DNA of 64,000 nucleotides from Alphaproteobacteria bacterium (GCA_017647405.1 JAGCKR010000018.1:5056-69055), one strand, 5' to 3'; counted from the stretch's first letter, positions 1 to 9,151 are shown. Numbers and translations are program-made. The notes: a model not told the origin generated them from the letters alone.

Positions 1-638
1 CCAAAGATATTTTAAAATTAACCAATCAAGTGATTGTTTCAAGCATCCATGCGCGCCAAAGACACAAATCCATTTTAAAAGAAGCCGGGGCAACAGTTTT
101 TGGATTGGACGATATTTGCAACCAACCAAACACTCAACACGGATGGAGTGAATATGGTGTTTTAGGATCGAACTATTCCGATGAAAACCGGTTGAAACTT
201 TTTCCAAGAAATGCAACAAGTTTTTGCGAAAAGTTGCAACACTTAATTAAAGAAAAAACCGGCCAAAGCGTTGAAGTGATGGTTTATGGTGACGGGGGAT
301 TCAAATGCCCTAAAACGCACATTTGGGAATTTGCCGATCCGGTTGTTTCACCGGGATTTACAAAGGGATTAAACGGCATGCCAAACGAAATCAAAATCAA
401 AGCCATTGCCGATAATCATCAGGAAAATCCTGAAAAAGCCATTCAAGAGGCTATTCAAAACAAAAATGAAAACGATGATTTTTATACGCTTGGGACAACG
501 CCCAGACAAATCACGGACTTGGTTGGATCGTTATGTGACTTAACAACCGGTTCTGGCGAAAAAGGAACACCGGTGGTGATTGTGAAAGGATATTTTGATA
601 ATTATCTGACTGGTATTCCGCAAAGAACCCGTGTATAA
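1..638 (+). CDS. C-terminal part of an F420-0:gamma-glutamyl ligase (CofE)-like family protein; 5' end lies outside the window
   Basis: Frame is open from position 3 to the TAA at 636-638, so track ORF 30..638 only marks the first in-window GTG. The C-terminal motif TGSGEKGTPVVIVKGY resembles the conserved end of CofE/FbiB-type ligase domains. Family call is from motif memory only. Confidence 0.45.
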   Translation, partial: KDILKLTNQVIVSSIHARQRHKSILKEAGATVFGLDDICNQPNTQHGWSEYGVLGSNYSDENRLKLFPRNATSFCEKLQHLIKEKTGQSVEVMVYGDGGFKCPKTHIWEFADPVVSPGFTKGLNGMPNEIKIKAIADNHQENPEKAIQEAIQNKNENDDFYTLGTTPRQITDLVGSLCDLTTGSGEKGTPVVIVKGYFDNYLTGIPQRTRV

Positions 639-647
639 TACATATAA

Positions 648-682
648 GGGGAAGAATCCTTTCTTCCCCATTCTGCCTTTTT
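648..682 (+). terminator. Putative intrinsic terminator after the CofE-like gene
   Basis: GGGGAAGAA (648-656) / TTCTTCCCC (661-669) forms a 9-bp stem with a 4-nt loop. A T-rich tract follows, but it is not immediately adjacent. Confidence 0.4.
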
Positions 683-1093
683 ATGAAAGATGAAAATAAA
701 ATGAAAGAAAGACTAAAAAAAATAGGCTATACTCTTAAACATAAAATTGCCTTTTTAAAAACAGAAAAACAACTCAGAGGAAAAAATACCTTAAACGGTT
801 ATTTACATGACATCGAAAAACCACTCCTATATTTATTTTGCTTTTGGATGAGTATCGAAGAAATTCATAAATTTCATCGGACACATAACCGCCATCATGT
901 GAAAAACAACTTAAAAAAACACCCCAATGATTTATTAGACACTGTTATTGATTGGGAATGCGCCAGATTTACCAAAAAAGACAAACCCCTTAATGCCTAT
1001 CAAACATTGATGAAGCTTTATCCTGAATATAAATCAACATACCTACCGATTATAAAAAGGTATCTGCCTCATCAAGTCAAAGAAAAAGAATAG
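683..1093 (+). CDS. Hypothetical protein with His-rich putative metal-binding motifs (LHDIEKP, HKFHRTHNRHH)
   Basis: 136-aa ORF in an otherwise empty interval. No family recognised with certainty. Confidence 0.5.
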   Translation: MKDENKMKERLKKIGYTLKHKIAFLKTEKQLRGKNTLNGYLHDIEKPLLYLFCFWMSIEEIHKFHRTHNRHHVKNNLKKHPNDLLDTVIDWECARFTKKDKPLNAYQTLMKLYPEYKSTYLPIIKRYLPHQVKEKE

Positions 1094-1168
1094 CAAAAAA
1101 TTTTTTAATCAAAATAAAGAAAAAATTAACTTTTGAAGTAAAAATAATATGTACCGCCTCATCAAAAC

Positions 1169-4100
1169 TTATGGCGCAACAAACTCACCGCCAACGGCTT
1201 TATAAAAACGGATCAAATTCGTATAGAACGTTCCCAATGATTTAATCATTTGCATTTGCGCTTGCAACCGGTTTTGTTGGGCTTGTAAAACATCGGTATA
1301 ATCAATCAACCCGTTTTTATATTTATTTTTCATCAAGTTGGCTACCATATTAGCATGCGCATATGTTTCTTGAAGCAATTTATAATGCCTATTTTCCTGA
1401 TAAAGCGCCAAAATTGCATTTTTGATTTCATTCGCCGCCTCTAAAAGCGTTTGTTGATAAGCAAGAAGCATTTCTTCTTTCACCGCTTTTTGAATTTCAA
1501 CATTTTCTTTTAACGCGCCGAAATGAAATAATGGCGCCGTTATCCCCGGTGTAATGGTATGCATAAAACTATCTTTTTTCAAGAAACTGTTCCAATTTAA
1601 AGATTCAAAACCAAATAAGGCTGATAAACTTATTTTCGGAAACATATCAGCAATAGCCGCCCCCACTAAAGCATTTTGGGCAACAAGGTTTTCTTCCGCC
1701 GCTTTGACATCCGGTCGGTTCAAAAGAACCGTTGCCGAAATTTTTGTTATTTCATTTAAATCAAACGTCAATGGCCGAGATAACAAAGAGTTATCTTCTT
1801 TCTTTAATAAATCATTCACACTGCCGGGCAATTCTCCAACCGCCAACGCCAACGCGTTTTTGCTTTCATCCAACTGATACGTCAACTCTGTTAATGTTGC
1901 CGAAGTGTTTTTTAAAAGATAAAGTGCCTGTTCAAAAGATAACATGCTTGCAAGACCGGTTTTTTGTTTATCTTTTACTATGTTTGTCATTTCCTTTTGA
2001 AGCCGGATATTTGATTTTGTTTGCCGAACAAGTTCTTCCAACGTTCTGGTTTGAAGATATCTTAAAGCCACTTCTGCCGTTAAAGAAACCTGCATATTTT
2101 CAATAGCATAAAGAGAGGCTTTCACATTTGCTTTTTGAGCTTCAATACGCCGACGTTGCCCACCAAACAGATCTAACTCCCACGAAGCATCCAAACCTAT
2201 CTGATAATAATCTTCATTTAAAATTTCCCCCATGGTTTTACTGTTTTTGATATCATTATATGAACCAGACACATCAAAGGTTGGGAAAAGACCTGCTTTT
2301 TCAATTGAAAGACCGGCTCTTGTTTTTCGAAGTTGCCAAAAAGCCTGCTTATAAGTCGGGCTGTTTTTAAAAGCCTTTTCAATGAGGGCATCCAAAGATT
2401 TATCTTTTAAGGCTTTGGGTGTAAAAAGCGTTGGTTTCGTTAATGTTGTGTTTAATGCTTTTTTAAGTTCGGCTTCAGTAAAAAATTGAGGTTGCTGATA
2501 ATCCGGCCCTAATTGGCATGAAGACAAAAAACCACCCAATATCAAAATAACCAAACTCTTTACAATTATTTTTTTATTTTTATATCGCAAAGAAATTTTA
2601 TCAAATAAAGCAAAATATGCCGGCACAAATAAAATACCAATCATTGTTGCCACAATCATTCCACAAAAAACAGTTGTGCCAATAGAGCGTTGACTGGCAG
2701 CCCCTGCTCCGGTTGCAATAACCATGGGGAATGTTCCCAAAATAAACGTTAATGCCGTCATAACAACGGCGCGAAACCGTTCGGTAGACCCTTTTAAAGC
2801 AGCTGCCGAAACAGCCATACCGGATTGCTGATATTGATGCGTAAACTGAACAATTAAAATAGCATTTTTACTGGCAAGCCCAATCAGCATAACGATACCC
2901 AACTGCGCATAAATACTTAAACTCAAATCAAAAAGTTTTAACCCGATCAAAGCGCCACATATAGCAAAAATATTGCTTAAAATCACTGATACGGCAATCC
3001 ACCAACTTTCATAAAGGGCCACCAAGAAAAGATAGGAAAAAATAAGGGCCAGTGTAATTAAAATAACCGCTAATCCTTTTGTTTCAACTTCTTGAAGAGT
3101 TAACCCTGTCCAAAACAATGAAAAATCTTTTCCAAGAGTGGTAGAAAACCTTTCTAAAGCATTTAATGCCGTACCGGAACTCACATGCGGGGCTGTTTGA
3201 GCCGTCACACCGGCACTTAAATATTGATTAAACCGATAAATGATTTTTGGGCTAACAACAATTTTTTCCGTTAAAAAATTTTGAACCTGAATCAATTTTC
3301 CCAGAGCATTTGGCACATAAAGCTTCCCAATATCAGCCATATCTGCCCGATCTTGAAAATCAGCTTGAATAATCACTTTATTTAATTGCCCATCCACCGT
3401 GATATTATTCACATAGCGCGACCCTAAATTATTTTGCAAAACAGAGAACAAATCCGACAGTTGCACCTGAAAAGCGGATAATTTGGTTCGATCAATATCT
3501 AAATAAACATGCGGCGTATCAACCGTAAAGGGTGAAAAACCAAAAGAAAACAGTTTATTTTCATTAATAAAACGCAATGTTTTTTCTAAAGCCTCTGCCA
3601 ATTCTTCCGGTTTTGTTTCCTGATTAAGCGCCGAAAGTTCAAACCCAACTCCATCCGCATTGCCAACGCCCGGAATAGACGGCATGGCAAAAAAATTAAT
3701 ACTTACCCCGTGTTGGGAAGGAAACTGACTGTTTAATTCAGCTAATATACGCTCCATTGAAAGACCTTGTTTATCACGCTGATCCCAAGAGGTTAACACA
3801 ATGGCTGCCATCCCGATATTTTCACCACTTGCTGATAACATGCTGTTACCTGAAATACCGATAAAAGACTGAATACCCGAAATTTTACGCGCTTTTTCAG
3901 ATATTTCCTGAAGCAAGCTTTGTGTTTGATTGATGCTGGCTGTGGCCGGTAATTCTAAAGAAGCCATAATAATACCTTGATCTTCTTGTGGTACAAATCC
4001 TTTGGGAACAAAGTAAAATAAAACACCAATCAGACCAATAACAACGCTTGTGATCATCACTGTTATTTTCATATATCGACATAAGAAAGCAACACATTGA

Positions 4101-5674
4101 CCGTATTTTTTTTCTCCTTTATCTAAAAAAGAATTAAACAGAGTCATCCACCAAACAGGTTTTCTTGTTTTTTTCCCTAAAAAAATGGCACAAAGCGCCG
4201 GACTAAGCGTTAAAGCATTCACAGCGGAGAAAAAAACAGCCGTTGCCAACGTTACTGCAAATTGCTGATAAATTTTACCCGTCATGCCGGCCATTAAACC
4301 AACAGGGATAAAAATCGCCATCAAAACAAAGGTTGTTGCAATAACAGAAGAAGAAATATCTTTCATGGCCTGAACAGAAGCTTCAAAAGAATTCATCTGA
4401 CGATATTTAATCAGATATTGCACCCGCTCAACAACAACAATGGCATCATCTACCACAAGACCAATCGCCAAAATCATGGCAAATAATGTTAAAATATTAA
4501 TATCAAACCCTAAAAGATAAATAACAATAAACGTTGCAATTAACGAAACGGGAATGGTGATCATTGGAATCACTGTTGCCCAAAGATCTTGCAAAAAAAG
4601 ATAAACAATCGCCATCACCAAACAAAATGTTATCAAAAGGGTTATTAAAATGGCTTGGATACTTGCTTTAACAAATGTTGTTGAATCATAAACAATTTCA
4701 AATTTGATATCCTTGGGAAATGATTTTTCCAATACAGTCATTTCTTTTTTAAGATTTTTCATAATTTCCAAAGAATTGGAGTTAGGCAACTGCGACAAAG
4801 CCATCACAACTGATGGCTGATTATTAAAACTGGCATTGAGTTGATAACTATCGGCGCCGATTTCAAGACGGGCAATATCTTTAAGACGAATAACACCGCC
4901 TTTTTGATTGGCTCGCACAATAATTTCTTCAAAATCCTCCACGCTTGACAGCAACCCTTTTGTTGTAACAGAAAGAACCTGATTGGTGCCTTCCGGCGCC
5001 GGTGCAGATGAAAGCGAACCAACTCCCGCCACCTGATTTTGCGATTCAACTGCCTGAATAACCTCATTAGAGGTAAGGCCAACGCCATTCATTTTCGTTA
5101 CATCCAACCAAATACGAATGCTATGTTGCGGGCCATAAATATTCACATCTCCCATCCCGCTAATTCGTTTAAAGGGATTTTGAATGTGGGTAAACGCAAA
5201 GTTACTTAGATAAAGAGGACTATATGTTTTTTGAGGAGAGGTCAATGCAATAAATGCCAAAATATTTGCCGATTGTTGATGAACGTCTAATCCTTCTTGA
5301 ACAACAATCTGGGGCAAAAAAGGTTTTGCTTTATCCAGTCGATTTTCCACCTTAACCTGCGCAATATCCGGATTGGTGCCAACATCAAAGGTGATTGTTA
5401 ATGTATATTGGCCGGTATCAGTTGCCGTGGAAGACATATAAAGCATCCCTTCCACCCCGTTAATTTGATTTTCAATAGGTGTGGCAACCGTATCTTTTAA
5501 AACCAAAGCATTCGCCCCCGGATAATTGGCTGAAACAATAATTTGCGGAGGTGTAATATCAGGATATTGAGAAATAGGCAACACAATACCCGCAATCAAA
5601 CCTGCCAACACCATCACCAAAGCTATAACTCCCGCAAAATGAGGGCGATTGATAAAAAAGGAAGAAAAATTCAT
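1169..5674 (-). CDS. RND (AcrB/HAE1-type) efflux transporter fused in frame to a NodT/OprM-type outer-membrane factor lipoprotein
   Basis: The N-terminus MNFSSFFINRPHFAGVIALVMVLAG and ~1030 aa with multiple TM blocks are typical of AcrB-like pumps. Residues ~1035-1053 read KNKKIIVKSLVILILGGFLSS-C followed by QLGPDYQQP (lipobox plus the GPDY motif of OMF lipoproteins). A further ~450 aa of OMF-like sequence follows. There is no stop between the two parts. Confidence 0.85.
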   Translation of the reverse strand: MNFSSFFINRPHFAGVIALVMVLAGLIAGIVLPISQYPDITPPQIIVSANYPGANALVLKDTVATPIENQINGVEGMLYMSSTATDTGQYTLTITFDVGTNPDIAQVKVENRLDKAKPFLPQIVVQEGLDVHQQSANILAFIALTSPQKTYSPLYLSNFAFTHIQNPFKRISGMGDVNIYGPQHSIRIWLDVTKMNGVGLTSNEVIQAVESQNQVAGVGSLSSAPAPEGTNQVLSVTTKGLLSSVEDFEEIIVRANQKGGVIRLKDIARLEIGADSYQLNASFNNQPSVVMALSQLPNSNSLEIMKNLKKEMTVLEKSFPKDIKFEIVYDSTTFVKASIQAILITLLITFCLVMAIVYLFLQDLWATVIPMITIPVSLIATFIVIYLLGFDINILTLFAMILAIGLVVDDAIVVVERVQYLIKYRQMNSFEASVQAMKDISSSVIATTFVLMAIFIPVGLMAGMTGKIYQQFAVTLATAVFFSAVNALTLSPALCAIFLGKKTRKPVWWMTLFNSFLDKGEKKYGQCVAFLCRYMKITVMITSVVIGLIGVLFYFVPKGFVPQEDQGIIMASLELPATASINQTQSLLQEISEKARKISGIQSFIGISGNSMLSASGENIGMAAIVLTSWDQRDKQGLSMERILAELNSQFPSQHGVSINFFAMPSIPGVGNADGVGFELSALNQETKPEELAEALEKTLRFINENKLFSFGFSPFTVDTPHVYLDIDRTKLSAFQVQLSDLFSVLQNNLGSRYVNNITVDGQLNKVIIQADFQDRADMADIGKLYVPNALGKLIQVQNFLTEKIVVSPKIIYRFNQYLSAGVTAQTAPHVSSGTALNALERFSTTLGKDFSLFWTGLTLQEVETKGLAVILITLALIFSYLFLVALYESWWIAVSVILSNIFAICGALIGLKLFDLSLSIYAQLGIVMLIGLASKNAILIVQFTHQYQQSGMAVSAAALKGSTERFRAVVMTALTFILGTFPMVIATGAGAASQRSIGTTVFCGMIVATMIGILFVPAYFALFDKISLRYKNKKIIVKSLVILILGGFLSSCQLGPDYQQPQFFTEAELKKALNTTLTKPTLFTPKALKDKSLDALIEKAFKNSPTYKQAFWQLRKTRAGLSIEKAGLFPTFDVSGSYNDIKNSKTMGEILNEDYYQIGLDASWELDLFGGQRRRIEAQKANVKASLYAIENMQVSLTAEVALRYLQTRTLEELVRQTKSNIRLQKEMTNIVKDKQKTGLASMLSFEQALYLLKNTSATLTELTYQLDESKNALALAVGELPGSVNDLLKKEDNSLLSRPLTFDLNEITKISATVLLNRPDVKAAEENLVAQNALVGAAIADMFPKISLSALFGFESLNWNSFLKKDSFMHTITPGITAPLFHFGALKENVEIQKAVKEEMLLAYQQTLLEAANEIKNAILALYQENRHYKLLQETYAHANMVANLMKNKYKNGLIDYTDVLQAQQNRLQAQMQMIKSLGTFYTNLIRFYKAVGGEFVAP

Positions 5675-6759
5675 TGCTCTAATCCTTCAGCTTGTTTGCC
5701 AATTTGAAAATTTGATATCGGAACAGTTATAAGCGCCTCCCCTTCCATTAAACCAGATTTAATCCAATATTGATTCCCGATAGATGCTCCGATTTCAACA
5801 GCCTGTTTTTGAATAATCCCCTCTTTTAAAAGCGTGGCCGTGGCTCCATTTGAGGTTAAGGTGATCCAATTTTTATTAACTAAAATCCCTTTTTTCGAAT
5901 ATAAAAAACGCACTTCTATATATGCCCCCGGAACCAAAAGTTTTTGATCATTTGGAACATCGATAAAAAAGGAAAGTGAATCCGTTGATTTATCCACGCG
6001 ATTATTATGAACTACACGAAACTTTTCAAACTCCATGAGTTTGCCATCTGATAACATCACTTGTAAAAGGGCGGTATCAAAATTAAAAATATCCCCTTTA
6101 TAAATAGACATCGGTATTGAAAAAACCAATCGGATGGGGGAAAATAAAATAATTGTAGCTAAGGACGGACTTTCCGGTGAAAGATATTCCCCGATTGTTG
6201 CGGTAATATCCCCTACCCATCCACTAATCGGTGCTTGAATAACAGTGTAATTATAAATCGTTTGAGCTTGATTTTCAGCTGCCAACGCCTTTTCATATAC
6301 GGCTTTTGAGGACTCATATTTTGTTTTAGCTTCTTCTAACTCGGTAAATGAAATAGCTTTTTTATCCGTTTTAAGCATCCGCTCATAATAAAGTTGATCA
6401 TTTTCTTGTTGCGCTTTTGCTTGTAAAACGGCTTCTTTTGCTTGTTTTAACTCAGCTAACGGAATTTTTTGATCCAATAAAAATAGCGTTTCACCCTTTT
6501 GCACCTCTGCGCCCGATTGCACATGAACTTCCTTTAAATATGCCGATAAATAAGGAACAACGGCCACGGCTTGAACCGCTTCAACCGAACCGATAAATTT
6601 TTGAATATAGGTGAACGATTGTTCTTTTAAATAATGCACCGGAACAGTCAATCGTTGGCTTTTTTCAAGGGGTTGATTTTCAGAAGTCCTTGATTTAAAA
6701 TTAAAAAACAACCCTATTATCAATAAAAAACCTAAAAGAAATATAAAAACTTTTTTCAT
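5671..6759 (-). CDS. RND efflux periplasmic adaptor (membrane fusion protein, HlyD/AcrA family)
   Basis: N-terminal membrane anchor, lipoyl-like motif (VQKGETLFLLDQ), coiled-coil segment and beta-barrel-like C-terminus. A 4-nt ATGA overlap with the downstream RND gene indicates an operon. Confidence 0.85.
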   Translation of the reverse strand: MKKVFIFLLGFLLIIGLFFNFKSRTSENQPLEKSQRLTVPVHYLKEQSFTYIQKFIGSVEAVQAVAVVPYLSAYLKEVHVQSGAEVQKGETLFLLDQKIPLAELKQAKEAVLQAKAQQENDQLYYERMLKTDKKAISFTELEEAKTKYESSKAVYEKALAAENQAQTIYNYTVIQAPISGWVGDITATIGEYLSPESPSLATIILFSPIRLVFSIPMSIYKGDIFNFDTALLQVMLSDGKLMEFEKFRVVHNNRVDKSTDSLSFFIDVPNDQKLLVPGAYIEVRFLYSKKGILVNKNWITLTSNGATATLLKEGIIQKQAVEIGASIGNQYWIKSGLMEGEALITVPISNFQIGKQAEGLEQ

Positions 6760-6909
6760 TTAATACCCCCCTTAACAAAAAGGAAGCATTAAAAAAAGAA
6801 TCAAGAGAGATTATTCTTCAGGCTATACATTTCTCTAAACATTTCTCTAAAAAAAGAGAATTATTTTTTACCTCCTTTCCACAAAAAGAAAATGAATCAA
6901 AATTATTTC

Positions 6910-6938
6910 TTGACAAATGAAACAAATCATCTCAAAAT
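6910..6938 (+). promoter_or_regulatory. Putative sigma70-type promoter of the cysS leader transcript
   Basis: TTGACA (6910-6915), 17-nt spacer, CAAAAT (6933-6938). Confidence 0.4.
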
Positions 6939-6963
6939 AAAGAAAAACTTAAAAAGGATTCAA

Positions 6964-7011
6964 ATGAATAATTTAAATATGAAATGTTGTTGCTGTTGTC
7001 ATTTTCTCTAA
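6964..7011 (+). CDS. Candidate leader peptide MNNLNMKCCCCCHFL (five consecutive Cys codons) upstream of cysS
   Basis: ATG at 6964 is preceded by AAGGA (6954-6958, 5-nt spacing). Codons TGT TGT TGC TGT TGT occupy 6985-6999 and the TAA stop is at 7009-7011. A Cys run is not expected from the AT-rich background composition. Confidence 0.55.
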   Translation: MNNLNMKCCCCCHFL

Positions 7012-7053
7012 GCCTTGCTGCCAGAGTTGTTTTCAGCAACACCATTTTCACTT

Positions 7054-7082
7054 AGAAGGCAGCCTCTTTCGCTGCTTTTTTT
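7054..7082 (+). terminator. Intrinsic terminator (attenuator) between the Cys leader ORF and cysS
   Basis: GCAGC (7059-7063) pairs with GCTGC (7071-7075) around a 7-nt loop and is followed by seven T (7076-7082). An upstream AGAAG can extend the stem onto the T tract. It lies 27 nt before the cysS ATG. Confidence 0.5.
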
Positions 7083-7108
7083 AATTTTAAACACAAAGGA
7101 AACAAAAA

Positions 7109-8530
7109 ATGAGCGTATATTTATATAACACAAAGACCAGAGAGAAAGAAGAGTTTAAACCACTGAATGAAAAAATGGTCACAATGTATTGCTGTGGTCC
7201 AACCGTATATTCTTATGCGCATATCGGCAATCTTCGCACGTATATTTTTGAAGATTTGATTGCCAACACCCTTCGTCTTGCCGGCTATAAGGTTAAACAC
7301 GTGATGAATGTAACTGATGTCGGGCATTTAACAAGTGATGAAGATGAAGGCGAAGATAAAATGCTTGTTGCCGCTGAAAAAGAGAAAAAAAGTGTGATGG
7401 AAATTGCCCGTCATTATGAAGAAACTTTTTTCAGACACACATCCGAACTCGGCCTTAAACGGCCAACCATTATTTGCCGGGCAACAGAGCATATTGAAGA
7501 TATGATTAAATTTGTGAAATCCTTGGAAGATAAAGGTTTTGCTTATTTTTCAAATGGGAACGTTTATTTTGATACATCAAAATTTGAAAAATATGGTTGT
7601 CTTTCAGGGCAAAATCGCGAAGATTTAAAACATGGAGCCAGAACTGAACAAGATACCAATAAACGCAATGCTTCCGATTTTGTTCTTTGGTTTACTTCCT
7701 CCAAATTTGAAAACCAAATTTTACAATGGGATAGCCCTTGGGGACGTGGCTACCCTGGATGGCATATTGAATGCTCTGCCATGTCCACTAAATATTTAGG
7801 AGAAAGAATTGATATTCATTGTGGCGGTATTGACCATATTCCTGTTCACCATGAAAACGAAATTGCCCAAAGTGAAGCGCATTTAGGACACGAATGGGTG
7901 AATTTTTGGATTCACATGGAGTTTTTAAACACAAAAGCCGGTAAAATGAGCAAATCCACCGGTGGAAAAACAACGATTGACTCTTTAAGAGAAATGGGCT
8001 ATCTGCCTATGCATTATAAATATTTCACCCTCACCTCTCATTATCGCAGTTCTGCCGTTTTTTCAGAGGAAGCAATGGATGGGGCTAAAAAGGCTTATGA
8101 AAACCTTTGCGATTATGTGGCAACTTTTAAGGCAAAAACAAAGAATACATCCTTAACAGCCGAAGAACAAGCAGAGGTTGAAACCTTAAAAAATGAGTTT
8201 AATGCTTATTTGTTTGATGATATTAAAACACCGCTTGCCATTTCTCACATGTGGGGTGTTGCAAAGGATAACAAAAAATCAGAAAATGTTCGCCTTGCCT
8301 ATTTATTGCATGTGGACAATGTGTTAAATCTTGAACTTAAAAACGTTGAAGCCAAAAAAGAACAGGCAGTTGAAATCACACCGGAAATTGCCGATCTTTT
8401 AGAGCAACGAAAAGAAGCAAGAGCCACCAAAAACTGGGCAAAATCAGATGAAATTCGCGATAAACTGGCAGCTCTTGGCGTGGGTGTTAAAGACTTGCCA
8501 AATAAAGAAATTGAACTCATCAAGCTTTAA
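7109..8530 (+). CDS. cysS: Cysteinyl-tRNA synthetase
   Basis: Class I signatures HIGN (YAHIGNLRTY) and KMSKS (GKMSKSTG), typical length, and an AAAGGA SD upstream. Confidence 0.97.
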   Translation: MSVYLYNTKTREKEEFKPLNEKMVTMYCCGPTVYSYAHIGNLRTYIFEDLIANTLRLAGYKVKHVMNVTDVGHLTSDEDEGEDKMLVAAEKEKKSVMEIARHYEETFFRHTSELGLKRPTIICRATEHIEDMIKFVKSLEDKGFAYFSNGNVYFDTSKFEKYGCLSGQNREDLKHGARTEQDTNKRNASDFVLWFTSSKFENQILQWDSPWGRGYPGWHIECSAMSTKYLGERIDIHCGGIDHIPVHHENEIAQSEAHLGHEWVNFWIHMEFLNTKAGKMSKSTGGKTTIDSLREMGYLPMHYKYFTLTSHYRSSAVFSEEAMDGAKKAYENLCDYVATFKAKTKNTSLTAEEQAEVETLKNEFNAYLFDDIKTPLAISHMWGVAKDNKKSENVRLAYLLHVDNVLNLELKNVEAKKEQAVEITPEIADLLEQRKEARATKNWAKSDEIRDKLAALGVGVKDLPNKEIELIKL

Positions 8531-8545
8531 ATCATATACTTAAAC

Positions 8546-8579
8546 AAAAAACACGTCTATACTCCGGCGTGTTTTTTTT
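8546..8579 (+). terminator. Putative intrinsic terminator after cysS
   Basis: AAAAAACACG ... CGTGTTTTTTTT hairpin. The GC core is only 5 bp (ACACG/CGTGT) and the loop is 12 nt. Confidence 0.45.
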
Positions 8580-8613
8580 AATATTCAATATATTATAAAG
8601 AAAGGAATTAGAA

Positions 8614-9036
8614 ATGACATACGCAACAAAAAAGGTATCCGTTGTTTTCGTTATTGAAAAAGAGGGAAAATATCTTTTTTTAAAACGCTCACACACTGGG
8701 AAAGGCGATGGTTTTTATATGTTTCCGAGCGGGCATGTTGATGAAGGAGAGGCTGTTTTGCATGCGGCTGTCAGGGAATTAAAAGAAGAATTAGGCATCG
8801 ATGTCAAAGAAGATGATTTAGAATTCAAGTTGGTTGAACCCATTAAAACACATATCACCTTTTTCTTTTATGTAAAAAAATTTGAAGGATCCTTACAAAA
8901 TATGGAACCAAATAAACATAGCGAAATGGTTTTTCTTGACCCAAATTCTGAAGGAATTCATCCTTGTTCTAAAAAAGAATTAGAATTAATTAAAAACGGT
9001 ATTTCATTTTTAGCAAATGATGAATTTTATTTATAA
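8614..9036 (+). CDS. NUDIX hydrolase
   Basis: Nudix box GHVDEGEAVLHAAVRELKEELGI (GX5EX7REUXEEXGU). Confidence 0.85.
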   Translation: MTYATKKVSVVFVIEKEGKYLFLKRSHTGKGDGFYMFPSGHVDEGEAVLHAAVRELKEELGIDVKEDDLEFKLVEPIKTHITFFFYVKKFEGSLQNMEPNKHSEMVFLDPNSEGIHPCSKKELELIKNGISFLANDEFYL

Positions 9037-9064
9037 TAAAAAAGCAACCATAATCCCCTCACCT

Positions 9065-9109
9065 AGCCAATAAATAACCGCCACAAGGGCGGTTTTTTTT
9101 ATTGATTGG
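9065..9109. terminator. Palindromic terminator-like element P1 (member of the AGCCAATAAA...TTTATTGG family), between convergent genes
   Basis: AGCCAATAAATAACCGCC-ACAA-GGGCGGTTTTTTTTATTGATTGG. It has a GC core stem flanked by A- and T-runs, so it could terminate in both directions. Confidence 0.6.
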
Positions 9110-9151
9110 ACACATCTTGCTATTATAGGGCTTTTTTTTGATCCATATAAT

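Noticed and set aside
1554-5088. Antisense or out-of-frame ORFs inside the RND-OMF gene (1554..1877, 1732..2106, 3897..4097, 4804..5088). Analogous shadow ORFs occur inside cysS, lysS, mfd, trkA, dusB, mrdA, mreB, mreC, lolCD, tpiA, the 913-aa ankyrin gene and others.
   Set aside because: They are fully embedded in long ORFs with clear family signatures. They have no SD and are typical shadow ORFs.
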